Source: Ranitomeya imitator (taxonomy: Eukaryota). Taken from it: 64,000 bases of DNA. Position 1 is the stretch's first letter; the number at the start of each line of letters is the position of its first letter. This document shows positions 1 to 13,500 of the stretch, piece after piece. The stretch lies in NCBI RefSeq assembly GCF_032444005.1, contig NC_091283.1, positions 825,406,001 to 825,470,000 on the forward strand, given 5' to 3'. The translations under genes were made by a program, and so were the position numbers. The notes beneath the pieces were generated by a model. It worked only from the letters and a program-made list of their open reading frames with translations, made no database searches and had not been told where the DNA came from.

Positions 1-980
1 ACAGTTCTAGAAAATAGGAAAAATCGAGAATACTTAGCACATAAATTGGCCAATTCATATGTACCTGACAGCCGTGATAAGGGAATTCTCTATGCTGGGA
101 ACCTAATCCTCTCCTAGGCTAAAGTCTTCATTTATGGGTGGGCAGGTAGGTCCCTGCTGCAATTAAAACCACCACAGGCTGGAGGATGCAGTGCTCGGTC
201 ACAAAAACCAATATTCAAAGAACAAATAACTGACTCACTTCCAAACAGAAAAACTGGTGTGTACAGGTTCAAACTTAAAGTAGCCATCGCTATGCATAAC
301 AAACAAATATAGCTGCATTCTGTAGAACTAAAGCATGTAAATTTGAAATATGAATTGCTTTACGGATCTAGATAATAAGAAAAAATGGAGATTCTTAGCA
401 CATAATTTGGCCAGTTCTTGTTTGTTCAACAGCCAACGGCAAGGCGTTCTCCGGTTGCTGGGAACCTATCTAATGTGACTCCTCTCCTAGGCTGAAGCCT
501 GCATTTATGTGTAGGTAGGTCACAGTTTTCCTGCTTGTAAGTGACAGTCTTCTGTTATTTGTATGTTATCTCTCTGACTGAGCACTCCACTCTCCAGCAT
601 GTGGTGGTTTTAATTGCAGCAGGGACCTACCTACCCATAAATGCAGGCTTCAGCCTAGGAGAAGATTCATAATAGATTGGTTCCCAGCAACTAGAGATCG
701 CCTTGTCGTTGGCTGCTGGGCATGTATGAATTTGCCAAATTATGTGCTAAGAATCTCCATTTTTTCTTATTATCTAGAGCAGTAATGCTATTCATATTTC
801 ATATGTTCCATATTTACATGCTTTATCACTACAGAATGCAGCTCTATTTGTTTGCTATGCATAGAGATGGCTACTCTTAGTTTGCACCTGTACGCACCAG
901 TTTTTCTATATGTAAGTGACAAACTGTCAGATTTCATATATTTTATGTTTACATGCTATAGCATTACAGAGTGCAACTTT
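1..980. repeat. ~365-375 bp repeat present as direct copies (1-~520) and inverted copies (~536-980)
   Basis: TCTAG..AAAAT.GAGA.T.CTTAGCACATAA.TTGGC occurs at ~6 and ~368. 601-780 is the reverse complement of these copies. GTAAGTGAC recurs at 537 and 912. The left side runs off the window. Confidence 0.8.
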
Positions 981-1590
981 ATTTGTTTAGTTTGTAAATA
1001 AGGCCCTTTTTTTTACGCTGTTCGTAAAGCAACATATAAAGAGGCATCCGTGATTCTTTTGAAGGTGAAAAAACGTGTAAATTGTTAAAATTTACAGAGA
1101 ATGCTGCACATGTCTTCATATCAGAATTATGAGCTGTAGACATGGATCACTGGTAATCATAATAATAATGATTTAGTGTGGTTTAACAAAGTGACTGTAA
1201 AAAATATTGACCGTCCTTGATTTTTTGATAAGCTGTCCTGAAAAAAAAAAGTCAAGTTGGCAATCCTGGCCCTGGCACTGTATTCAAGTCTATGACATTG
1301 ACGAGGCAGATGAATGCAGTGCAGAACGCGGCTATCTTCACACTTTGTAGGTATTTATGGAGCTGTATAGCGCGTCCATGATCTGCCGCAACAATCCGTT
1401 CCTCCAGGGAGGAACAGGATACACAATTATCCTGTTTGGGTGATCATTGGGGGTCACCAGTGGGTAGGTCATAACATGTTTAGGCTAGGATATCCTTTCA
1501 TGTTTGGACCCCACTTGACTTCATATCTCACATATGGAAGAAGAGGCTTTGGATGCCAGTGGTCCGCTCAACTGACGTCTATGGAGAGGC

Positions 1591-2458
1591 CAGGGCCGGC
1601 TCCAGGTTTTTAAGGGCCCCGGGCGAAAGAGTCTCAGTGGGCCCCCCCCTTTAACACATACCACGATTCATGATCACATATAACTCAGCCATGTAGTATA
1701 GAACAGCCCATGTAGCATATAACACAGCCACGTAGTATATAGCACAGCTCACGTAGCATATAACAGTCCATATAGTATAAAGCACAGCCACATATTATAT
1801 AACACAGCCCATGTAGTATATAACATGGCCCACGTAGTATATAGAACAGCCATGTAGTATATAGCACAGCCCACGTAGCATATAACAGCCCATATAGTAT
1901 GTAGCACAGCCTACGTAGTATATAACACAGCCATGTAGTATATAGCACAGACATGTAGTATACAGCACAGCCCCCCTCCCCCCAAGAATGGCCCCATAGT
2001 CCAGTACTCACTGTTATAGTTACAAAAAAAAAAACACTCCTCACCTCTCAATGTGCCCGCGCTACTCCCTGCTCCGGTCTCGGCGGCTGCCTGACACACA
2101 GCGAGTGCATGATGACGTCATCGCGCACCCACAGCGGCAGTGTCAGAGGCAGAGTCGGGAATGATGGGAGAGGGAGCATCAGGTGACGCTCTCTCCTCCA
2201 TTATTAGCTTTGAACTTTACCGGCAGACGCCGGTACAGTTCAATACTGCGGCGGGGCAGTTGGCGCTGGGGACAGGCGGGCCACCCTGCCTCACAGAGGC
2301 CCCATAGCGGCTGCGTGATCTGCCGCTAGCTGAGGGCCCCTGGGGGAGCAGAGGCCCTAGGCAGCTGCCTGCTCCTAACGCCAGCCCTGAATGGGCCCCC
2401 CTGTCTCGCCAGGGCCCCGGCACTTGCCCGGGTACGCCGGGTGCTGACCCCGGCCCTG
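1591..2458. mobile_element. Non-autonomous hAT element (MITE) with internal minisatellite
   Basis: Termini CAGGGCCGG...CCGGCCCTG. Perfect 8-bp TSD GGAGAGGC at 1583-1590 and 2459-2466. Confidence 0.9.
1685..1970. repeat. ~25-27 bp minisatellite (CACAGCCCATGTAGTATATAG-like) inside the hAT MITE
   Basis: About 10 degenerate tandem copies read directly. Explains ORFs 1685..2044 and 1911..2099. Confidence 0.85.
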
Positions 2459-2480
2459 GGAGAGGCAGCAACTCCCTTAA

Positions 2481-2971
2481 AGGGAATCTGTCAGCAGGAT
2501 CAACCCTTCTAAGCCTTTTCTATGGGCTTGTAGGTCATAGGAAGCTGAGTAAAATAACACCTTAATATATGTGATCTGATGTCTTATTCCAGAGAAATCC
2601 AGATTTTTCTTATTTTGTAAATGAGCTGTTAAGATATACGGGTGGGACCCAGATCTCTCTGAGAATCTGCCTTTAAAGGGGACATTATGAGTGTGAAACA
2701 TGTAGATCAGGAGAGCAGACTGTCAGTCATTAGTGTTTCAGACTGGTAATGCCCACTTTCATTTAAAAATAAGCTCTGGATGCAGATTATCTGCGAGATC
2801 TATGTCCGGCCCATAGGTCTTAACAGCTATTTACATATTAATAAAAATGTGGATGTCTCTGGACTGAGACATCGGATCACAGATATCAAGGTATCATTTT
2901 ATTCAGCTTCCTATGACCTATGTGCTCATAAAGACGACTTAAGAGGGTTTGATCCTACTGACAGATTCCCT
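2481..2971. mobile_element. Foldback MITE, TTAA-target (Kolobok/T2-MITE type)
   Basis: TTAA-AGGGAATCTGTCAGCAGGATCAA...TTGATCCTACTGACAGATTCCCT-TTAA, with long imperfect inverted arms. Confidence 0.85.
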
Positions 2972-4652
2972 TTAAATTTCACTGCACATGTGTAGCCGCC
3001 TCTCTTCTTTTTTTTTATCTGCTCACTAAATGGTTATCATGACTGGAGAAGACTACCCTCAATATCCAAAATTACCTAGAATCCTGTGATAGGAAACCTA
3101 GCAAAAAGTTTACAATTCCCTTTGGCGCACCACCAGTAGGGAGGTTGAATAATTGCACAATTTTTTTGTAGATGAATGTGTGCATGAGTGAACAATCCAA
3201 AAGAATAGGAAAGTGCATGATAAGAAGTGATAGAGCTCATTAAATCAGTGTAATCTTGAGTTTTGCAAAAGAAACGGGCTAATGGAAATCCGTACATCCA
3301 CGTGTTTTCCATAAAAGCAGGCAAATATTTGATAAGATATACATGATGCTGGCAACAAATTTGGAATCATTTGTGTATCCGGAAAAAGAACTCAATTCAC
3401 TACATCACAGTGTACTAATCCACAATATTTGATAATCCGGCAGCCGGCAGATCCTTTTAATGCCAGATCTTTATATAAATAACTTGGTCAAGAGTCAGCT
3501 TCCATGATGCCGCTTGTCAGTCTGGCCTGGTATTAAAGATCACAGTACCAACCCATACACAAATAAATAATTGGCACAAGGAATGTAAAATTAACAAAAT
3601 TTTTATTGATAAATCTTTAGTAAAACATACTTCATAATAACCTAGGCACCTCACACCACAACTAGACGCCACTAGGCATAGGGCACAAGTAAACACCGCT
3701 GCTATATTAATCACAGATACCAGAAAAAATCATAAGGTATAGGCCTGGTATTAAGACTAATAGGGAACAGATGGCGATGCCAATGCAGATTCTTAGACTC
3801 GTTACTACAATATGTTAATACTAATGAAATCTCTAGAAAGGAGGGAATCTTGAAAAAACAAATACAGAGGCATCACGGTGCTAGTCCCCGTAATTTATGA
3901 TTTTGTATTCAGTGTTGAATTGGGACTCCATGGGTCCACCAGTGACATTGACACCGGGGGCAGACTGTCTTGTTACATGCAAAAAAAGCTGCCTCTAATG
4001 CAAAAATTTACTTATGGCTTCTAAATAGTAATAAACTGGGTGGTTTGTCTAATAAATGATTAGACGCTGCCTATGTCTGTAAATGGTTAATCAAATGTAT
4101 TAGCACAGCGTCCTACCGGGGGATTTACCCTTTCTCCCATGGGCCAGTCCGAGCATGTTTGCATTCACTATAGATTTAGGACTCTCCAACCTTTAGCACT
4201 CTGGATGTGGCAAGCTACATCTTCCAGGATGGCTGTCAGTGTCAGGGCATGCTGAGACTTCTTTTTTGCAATAGCTGTAGAACCACATGTACTATACCAT
4301 ATGCGGGCCCTTGTGCCAAAGAGGAGACATCCTGTGGCAGGCAACGTTCAATCCTCCCAGCACTTCTGTAGAAAAATCCCAGACATTTAACCCACACACA
4401 ACTTCTTGAGAAAACCCCCAAACACTAGAGACCATCATCAAACCATCCAATTCTGGGTGACGTGTTAATGTCACACAATCGGGACTGATGGAAAGTGGTT
4501 ACTGGTACACAAAATCCCAAGTTACAAAGTGCTTTTTAATAGCCCATGTGGCCCTTTGTGTGGAGCTGTATTTGATGGGTCCTATTTTTGCTACTAGTGT
4601 GGATTATTGTGTCTATCAATGTGTTTGAGGTTCCTCATAGTATCATTGTTAA

Positions 4653-5370
4653 AGGGAACCTGTCAACCATTTCTTGCTACCATGGACAACATGAATCCTA
4701 GACCCCCTCATTACAGAGCACTATGTTAACTTTAAAACTTTGCGCCATTTCAGAGAAGACATAGTTTAGGAAATGAAAGTGACTTGGCGAGAAGGGTCCA
4801 GGCACAGTGTGAAGTGTCCATAGAATGTCTCCTTACAACTCCCAGCCCCCCAGATTGGTTTGTTTGACAGGTGTCCACCAATTTGTGCAAAGGGAGAGAA
4901 CTTGTCAATCAACCTTAGCCTGACATGGAGAAAAAGGAGGTAACCATCCAGCAGACATTTCTTCCTTTCACTTTTCATGCCAAAGACAGAGATGGAGGGA
5001 AGAATCCAGGAACGGTGTAAAGTGTCTATATGATGTCTCCCAGCAGCCTCCTCCCCTAGATTAGCTTGTTTGACATGTGTCTCCCATTTTGTGCAATAGG
5101 TGAGAACTTGTCCGGCACAGAGAACCCGGAGGTAACCACCCATTGGACACCTCCTCATTGCTCTTTTCATGCCAGATGCAGAGATGGAGAAAAGAATCCG
5201 GACACAGTGTTCAGTGTACATGGGGGTCTCCCTGAGGAACCCACTCAGCCTCAGCCTTGATTAATCAATCTCTCCCAATTTGTGTATAGGGAGGGATCTG
5301 TCAATCATGCTGAGCCTGGTGGGGAGAAGTCAGGGGTAGCCTCCAGTGGACCCTTCTTCCGTCCTGTCTC
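4653..5370. mobile_element. Degraded T2-type MITE left end followed by three diverged ~190-210 bp direct repeats
   Basis: TTAA-AGGGAACCTGTCA at 4649-4665. Repeated blocks near 4795, 5005 and 5195. Right end not found. Confidence 0.45.
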
Positions 5371-5683
5371 AGTACCAAGCTAGTTTTTTTTATGCTATAT
5401 TTTCTGCCTTTTCTCCACAACCTATCTGTATTGTGTTTGGCCTGTAGAACGATATTCGAGGGTCTTCTTGTTGTCACTGTTATGAGGTTATGTAGTTGAC
5501 ACTCTTACGGAGGGCAGCTGGAGTCTACATGGGAAAAATGTAAAACTTTTTTTTGTATTTTAAGTATTCTACTGAACCCATTTCTAAACTTATTGGTACC
5601 TTGGCATTTGTGCCTATTTCCCAGATAAATCATTGTGAGCACATTATCATCCATCGTGTGATACCAGCTTGAAACTCTTGGAC

Positions 5684-6143
5684 TAAAGATGAGCGAATCT
5701 TTTGAAATTCAAATTTACCGGATCCATCAAATTCAATTTGCATTGAAAATATTTGCCATAAACAAAAGGTTTTAATTGCCCTAAAAATTGTACACTATTC
5801 TGTTTTCCTAACACACTAGTTTCCACAAACTATCTATATAACTATTCAGTGTTTTATGACTTTTTCTACCTATCTCTATGGCTAAGCTGTGAGCTGTGAT
5901 GTCCCCTCACTATCCACAAACCCCACAAAATGGCTACTGCATTCCATGCCTCAGCTTTTATACTAGCTATGATAGTCCCACATAGCTGAGCTATGCTATC
6001 TGTTGTGACAGCTGTAAAGGATTATTTGGAAGTCCACCCAAGGTCATGTGATCCTACTCTGCACTAAGCAAATTGCCCGAATTCTCTGGATTCAGAAAAT
6101 TCCTAAAAATTGCATTTGCATTGAATTGATGCGCTCAGCTTTA
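5684..6143. mobile_element. Non-autonomous hAT element with TAAAGATGAGCG termini
   Basis: TIR TAAAGATGAGCG / CGCTCAGCTTTA (11 of 12 match). Perfect 8-bp TSD TCTTGGAC at 5676-5683 and 6144-6151. Confidence 0.85.
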
Positions 6144-6817
6144 TCTTGGACACTTATCCAAAACCTATGACTGGACCCTCCACCAACCATGTGCCCATAA
6201 TCATACTGGTGTCTTCATATATGGCAGAGGGATCTTTGAGCCCCATCAGACCCCAGGACCTGGGTGCGATTGCTGTCTCTGTACCCCTTCAGCTAAGCCC
6301 ATGAATTACAATCTGTTTCTTTCATTCCTACTAATGTGAATATCGGAGCTGCATTCCGCGGCTGTTTCTGTTCTTCTTTAAGAAATTAAACATTAAAAAA
6401 ACATATTGCGGATAGGTAGCCGGTAAGGCTCGTAAATTATTCACACTTCCTGATACAGATTGCATTTAAAATACATAACACGGAGCTTCTCAACACTTCT
6501 GTAGAAACCTTTTCTAATTATCCGCTATCAGTAAATGCAATAAGATAGTTCTTCATCCATTGCCTATAGTTAATTGATGATAAATATTGGAGCAGCTGTT
6601 GTCATGAGAAAATGGTCCAAATTACCCTGCACTTAGGAGATGAGGGAATTCAAATCATTGGCCCTTATCGAGAACAAGATGTTGGACTTCTTCATTCTTG
6701 CTTTTATCGTTACATTACTTGTTTAATGTATGTATACAGCATATACAGCGCTTTACAAATGTATTAACATCACTAAAAAGTCAATAGATTTATCTGGATT
6801 GCAAACAATACACTTTG

Positions 6818-7110
6818 GTTGTCCTATAAACACAAGATACATAACAAATGTCCAATCGCTGGGGGTCCGGCTGTTGAGAATGAAGGTCCTGAAGTCCCCT
6901 TTGTGAATGAAGCAGTAGAGAGCATGTGCGACCACCACTCCAGTAAATGGAGCAGTGGTCGCACATGCTCACTACTACTCCATTAACCATTCACACAGGA
7001 GTCTTTGGGACCCTGTTCTTGTGATCAGTGGGGGTGTCAGCAACTGGACCCTCGGTGATTAAACATCCTGTGATGTGGTGAGATATATTATAGGGCAGCA
7101 CCATTATGTA
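6818..7110. mobile_element. Degraded foldback MITE (T2-like)
   Basis: Central hairpin GAGCATGTGCGACCAC...GTGGTCGCACATGCTC at ~6921-6970. Termini eroded, so boundaries are approximate. Confidence 0.5.
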
Positions 7111-7523
7111 AAATTGTAAACTCACGTTCAAACACCTATTAACAGCTGACCCCAGATTGTTCCATAATTACTTGCGGTGTGCCAATGTGTGCCTCCACCT
7201 GTGGCAGTCCCCCAGCACACCATACCCAGTGAGGCCAAGTTTACTCACTTGAGGGTTTTTTTCCGGTGGTAAAATACAGCACCACCCAAGCCCATCTCTC
7301 CCACGCTTCAATCAGGATCAAAGAAGGTCCAACTTCTCCTCCCCTTCCTTACTATAGCCTATGTGGTCCTGAACAGGAAGGTTCTCTTTCACCACTAGGA
7401 ATATCCTCTTCTTCTAAGGAATGGAGTTGGAGGGGTAAGAAGCCCAGTGCCCTTCTGTTCCTGTATGTATTGTATTAGAGGCGATTAGGTGAGGGACATA
7501 TGAGTGTGGAGAAGGGAAGTCTT

Positions 7524-10500
7524 AGTACAGATGTGCCATGGAGTATTGATGTGCCATGGAGTACTGATGTGCCATGGAGTACTGATGTGCCATGGAGTAC
7601 TGATGTGCCATGGAGTACTGATGTGTCATAGAGTACTGATGTGTCATAGAGTATTGATGTGCTATGGAGTACAGATGTGCCATGGAGTACAGATGTGTCA
7701 TAGAGTATTGATGTGCCATGGAGTATTGATGTGTCATGGAGTACAGATGTGCCATGGAGTACTGATGTGCCATGGAGTACAGATGTGCCATGGAGTATTG
7801 ATGTGCCATGCAGTACAGATGTGCCATGCAGTACAGATGTGCCATGGAGTACAGATGTGCCGTGGAGTATTGATGTGCCATGGAGTACTGATGTGCCCTG
7901 TAGTATTGATGTGCCATGGAGTACTGATGTGCCATGGATTACTGATGTGCCATGGAGTACTGATGTGCCATGGAGTACTGATGTGCCATGGATTACTGAT
8001 GTGTCATGGAGTACTGATGTGTCATGGAGTATTGATGTGCCATGGAGTATTGATGTGCCATGCAGTACAGATGTGCCATGCAGTACAGATGTGCCATGGA
8101 GTACAGATGTGCCATGGAGTACTGATGTGCCATGGATTACTGATGTGCCATGGAGTACTGATGTGCCATGGAGTACTGATGTGCCATGGATTACTGATGT
8201 GTCATGGAGTACTGATGTGTCATGGAGTATTGATGTGCCATGGAGTACTGATGTGCCATGGAGTACTGATGTGCCATGGAGTACTGATGTGCCATGGATT
8301 ACTGATGTGTCATGGAGTACTGATGTGCCATGGAGTATTGATGTGCCATGGAGTACTGATGTGCCATGGAGTATTGATGTGCCATGGAGTACTGATGTGC
8401 CATGGAGTACTGATGTGCCATGGAGTATTGATGTGCCATGGAGTACTGATGTGCCATGGAGTACTGATGTGCCATGGAGTACTGATGTGCCATGGAGTAC
8501 TGATGTGCCATGGAGTATTGATGTGCCATGGAGTACTGATGTGCCATGGAGTACTGATGTGCCATGGATTACTGATGTGTCATGGAGTACTGATGTGCCA
8601 TGGAGTATTGATGTGCCATGGAGTACTGATGTGCCATGGAGTACTGATGTGCCATGGAGTACTGATGTGCCATGGAGTACTGATGTGCCCTGTAGTATTG
8701 ATGTGCCATGGAGTACTGATGTGCCATGGAGTATTGATGTGCCATGGATTACTGATGTGCCATGGAGTACTGATGTGCCCTGTAGTATTGATGTGCCATG
8801 GAGTACTGATGTGCCATGGATTACTGATGTGCCATGGAGTACTGATGTGCCATGGAGTACTGATGTGCCATGGAGTACAGATGTGTCATGGAGTACTGAT
8901 ATGCCATGGAGTACTGATGTGCCATGGAGTATTGATGTGCCATGGAGTACTGATATGCCATGGAGTACTGATGTGCCATGGAGTACTGATGTGCCATGGA
9001 GTACTGATGTGCCCTGTAGTATTGATGTGCCATGGAGTACTGATGTGCCATGGAGTACTGATGTGCCATGGAGTATTGATGTGCCATGGAGTACTAATGT
9101 GCCATGGAGTATTGATGTGCCATGGAGTACTGATGTGCCATGGAGTACTGATGTGCCATGGAGTACTGATGTGCCATGGAGTACAGATGTGCCATGGAGT
9201 ACTGATGTGCCATGGAGTACTGATGTGCCATGGAGTACAGATGTGCCATGGAGTACTGATGTGCCATGGAGTATTGATGTGCCATGGAGTACTGATGTGC
9301 CATGGAGTACTGATGTGCCATGGAGTACTGATGTGCCATGGAGTATTGATGTGCCATGGAGTACTGATGTGCCATGGAGTACTGATGTGCCATGGAGTAT
9401 TGATGTGCCATGGAGTATTGATGTGCCATGGAGTATTGATGTGCCATGGAATACTGATGTGTCATGGATTACTGATGTGCCATGGAGTACAGATGTGCCA
9501 TGGAGTACAGATGTGTCATGGAGTACTGATGTGCCATGGAGTACTGATGTGCCATGGAGTACAGATGTGCCATGGAGTACTGATGTGCCATGGAGTATTG
9601 ATGTGCCATGGAGTACTGATGTGCCATGGAGTACAGATGTGCCATGGAGTACTGATGTGCCATGGAGTATTGATGTGCCATGGAGTACTGATGTGCCATG
9701 GAGTACTGATGTGCCATGGAGTACTGATGTGCCATGGAGTATTGATGTGCCATGGAGTACTGATGTGCCCTGTAGTATTGATGTGTCATGGAGTACTGAT
9801 GTGCCCTGTAGTATTGATGTGTCATGGAGTACTGATGTGCCATGGAGTATTGATGTGCCATGGAGTACAGATGTGCCATGGAGTATTGATGTGCCATGGA
9901 GTACAGATGTGCCCTGTAGTATTGATGTGCCATGGAGTATTGATGTGCCATGGAGTACAGATGTGCCATGGAGTATTGATGTGCCATGGAGTACTGATGT
10001 GCCATGGAGTACTGATGTGCCATGGAGTATTGATGTGCCATGGAGTACAGATGTGCCATGGAGTATTGATGTGCCATGGAGTATTGATGTGCCATGGAGT
10101 ACAGATGTGCCATGGAGTATTGATGTGCCATGGAGTACTGATGTGCCATGGAGTACAGATGTGCCATGGAGTACTGATGTGCCATGGAGTACAGATGTGT
10201 CATGGAGTACTGATGTGCCATGGAGTATTGATGTGCCATGGAGTACTGATGTGCCATGGAGTACTGATGTGCCATGGAGTATTGATGTGCCATGGAGAAC
10301 TGATGTGCCATGGAGTATTGATGTGCCATGGAGTATTGATGTGCCATGGAGTACTGATGTGTCATGGATTACTGATGTGCCATGGAGTACAGATGTGCCA
10401 TGGAGTACAGATGTGTCATGGAGTATTGATGTGCCATGGAGTACTGATGTGCCATGGAGTATTGATGTGCCATGGAGTATTGATGTGCCATGGAGTATTG

Positions 10501-13500
10501 ATGTGCCATGGAGTACTGATGTGCCATGGAGTACTGATGTGCCATGGAGTACTGATGTGCCATGGAGTACTGATGTGCCATGGAGTATTGATGTGCCATG
10601 GAGTATTGATGTGCCATGGAGTATCGATGTGTCATGGATTACTGATGTGCCATGGAGTACAGATGTGCCATGGAGTACAGATGTTCCATGGAGTACTGAT
10701 GTGCCATGGAGTACTGATGTGCCATGGAGTACTGATGTGCCATGGAGTACAGATGTGCCATGGAGTACTGATGTGCCATGGAGTATTGATGTGCCATGGA
10801 GTACTGATGTGCCATGGAGTACAGATGTGCCATGGAGTACTGATGTGCCATGGAGTATTGATATGCCATGGAGTATTGATGTGCCATGGAGTACTGATGT
10901 GCCATGGAGTACTGATGTGCCATGGAGTATTGATGTGCCATGGAGTACTGATGTGCCCTGTAGTATTGATGTGTCATGGAGTACTGATGTGCCATGGAGT
11001 ACTGATGTGCCATGGAGTACTGATGTGCCATGGAGTACTGATGTGCCATGGAGTATTGATGTGCCATGGAGTACTGATGTGCCCTGTAGTATTGATGTGT
11101 CATGGAGTACTGATGTGCCATGGAGTATTGATGTGCCATGGAGTACAGATGTGCCATGGAGTACAGATGTGTCATAGAGTACAGATGTGCCATGGAGTAT
11201 TGATGTGCCATGGAGTACAGATGTGCCCTGTAGTATTGATGTGCCATGGAGTATTGATGTGCCATGGAGTACAGATGTGTCATGGAGTACAGATGTGCCA
11301 TGGAGTATTGATGTGCCATGGAGTACAGATGTGTCATGGAGTACAGATGTGCCATGGAGTATTGATGTGCCATGGAGTACAGATGTGTCATGGAGTACCG
11401 ATGTGCCATGGAGTACAGATGTGCCCTGTAGTATTGATGTGCCATGGAGTATTGATGTGCCATGGAGTACAGATGTGTCATGGAGTACAGATGTGCCATG
11501 GAGTATTGATGTGCCATGGAGTACAGATGTGTCATGGAGTACAGATGTGCCATGGAGTATTGATGTGCCATGGAGTATTGATGTGCCATGGAGTACAGAT
11601 GTGTCATGGAGTACCGATGTGCTATGGAGTACAGATGTGCCCTGTAGTATTGATGTGCCATGGAGTATTGATGTGCCATGGAGTACAGATGTGTCATGGA
11701 GTACAGATGTGCCATGGAGTATTGATGTGCCATGGAGTATTGATGTGCCATGGAGTACAGATGTGTCATGGAGTACAGATGTGCCATGGAGTATTGATGT
11801 GCCATGGAGTACAGATGTGTCATAGAGTACAGATGTGCCATGGAGTATTGATGTGCCATGGAGTATTGATGTGCCATGGAGTACAGATGTGTCATGGAGT
11901 ACAGATGTGCCATGGAGTATTGATGTGCCATGGAGTATTGATGTGCCATGGAGTATTGATGTGCCATGGAGTACAGATGTGCCATGGAGTATTGATGTGC
12001 CATGGAGTACAGATGTGCCCTGTAGTATTGATGTGCCATGGAGTATTGATGTGCCATGGAGTACAGATGTGCCATGGAGTATTGATGTGCCATGGAGTAC
12101 TGATGTGCCATGGAGTACTGATGTGCCATGGAGTATTGATGTGCCATGGAGTACAGATGTGCCATGGAGTATTGATGTGCCATGGAGTATTGATGTGCCA
12201 TGGAGTACAGATGTGCCATGGAGTATTGATGTGCCATGGAGTACTGATGTGCCATGGAGTACAGATGTGCCATGGAGTACTGATGTGCCATGGAGTACAG
12301 ATGTGTCATGGAGTACTGATGTGCCATGGAGTATTGATGTGCCATGGAGTACTGATGTGCCATGGAGTACTGATGTGCCATGGAGTATTGATGTGCCATG
12401 GAGAACTGATGTGCCATGGAGTACTGATGTGCCATGGAGTACTGATGTGCCATGGAGTATTGATGTGCCATGGAGTATTGATGTGCCATGGAGTACTGAT
12501 GTGTCATGGATTACTGATGTGCCATGGAGTACAGATGTGCCATGGAGTACAGATGTGTCATGGAGTATTGATGTGCCATGGAGTACTGATGTGCCATGGA
12601 GTATTGATGTGCCATGGAGTATTGATGTGCCATGGAGTATTGATGTGCCATGGAGTACTGATGTGCCATGGAGTACTGATGTGCCATGGAGTACTGATGT
12701 GCCATGGAGTACTGATGTGCCATGGAGTATTGATGTGCCATGGAGTATTGATGTGCCATGGAGTATTGATGTGTCATGGATTACTGATGTGCCATGGAGT
12801 ACAGATGTGCCATGGAGTACAGATGTTCCATGGAGTACTGATGTGCCATGGAGTACTGATGTGCCATGGAGTACTGATGTGCCATGGAGTACAGATGTGC
12901 CATGGAGTACTGATGTGCCATGGAGTATTGATGTGCCATGGAGTACTGATGTGCCATGGAGTACAGATGTGCCATGGAGTACTGATGTGCCATGGAGTAT
13001 TGATATGCCATGGAGTATTGATGTGCCATGGAGTACTGATGTGCCATGGAGTACTGATGTGCCATGGAGTATTGATGTGCCATGGAGTACTGATGTGCCC
13101 TGTAGTATTGATGTGTCATGGAGTACTGATGTGCCATGGAGTACTGATGTGCCATGGAGTACTGATGTGCCATGGAGTACTGATGTGCCATGGAGTATTG
13201 ATGTGCCATGGAGTACTGATGTGCCCTGTAGTATTGATGTGTCATGGAGTACTGATGTGCCATGGAGTATTGATGTGCCATGGAGTACAGATGTGCCATG
13301 GAGTACAGATGTGTCATAGAGTACAGATGTGCCATGGAGTATTGATGTGCCATGGAGTACAGATGTGCCCTGTAGTATTGATGTGCCATGGAGTATTGAT
13401 GTGCCATGGAGTACAGATGTGTCATGGAGTACAGATGTGCCATGGAGTATTGATGTGCCATGGAGTACAGATGTGTCATGGAGTACAGATGTGCCATGGA

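Noticed and set aside
3076-3324. ORF with a loose GPCR TM3-like look (WMYG...FCK...DLMSSITS)
   Set aside because: TTG start, a stop 14 codons upstream, no DRY motif and no other helices. Probably chance.
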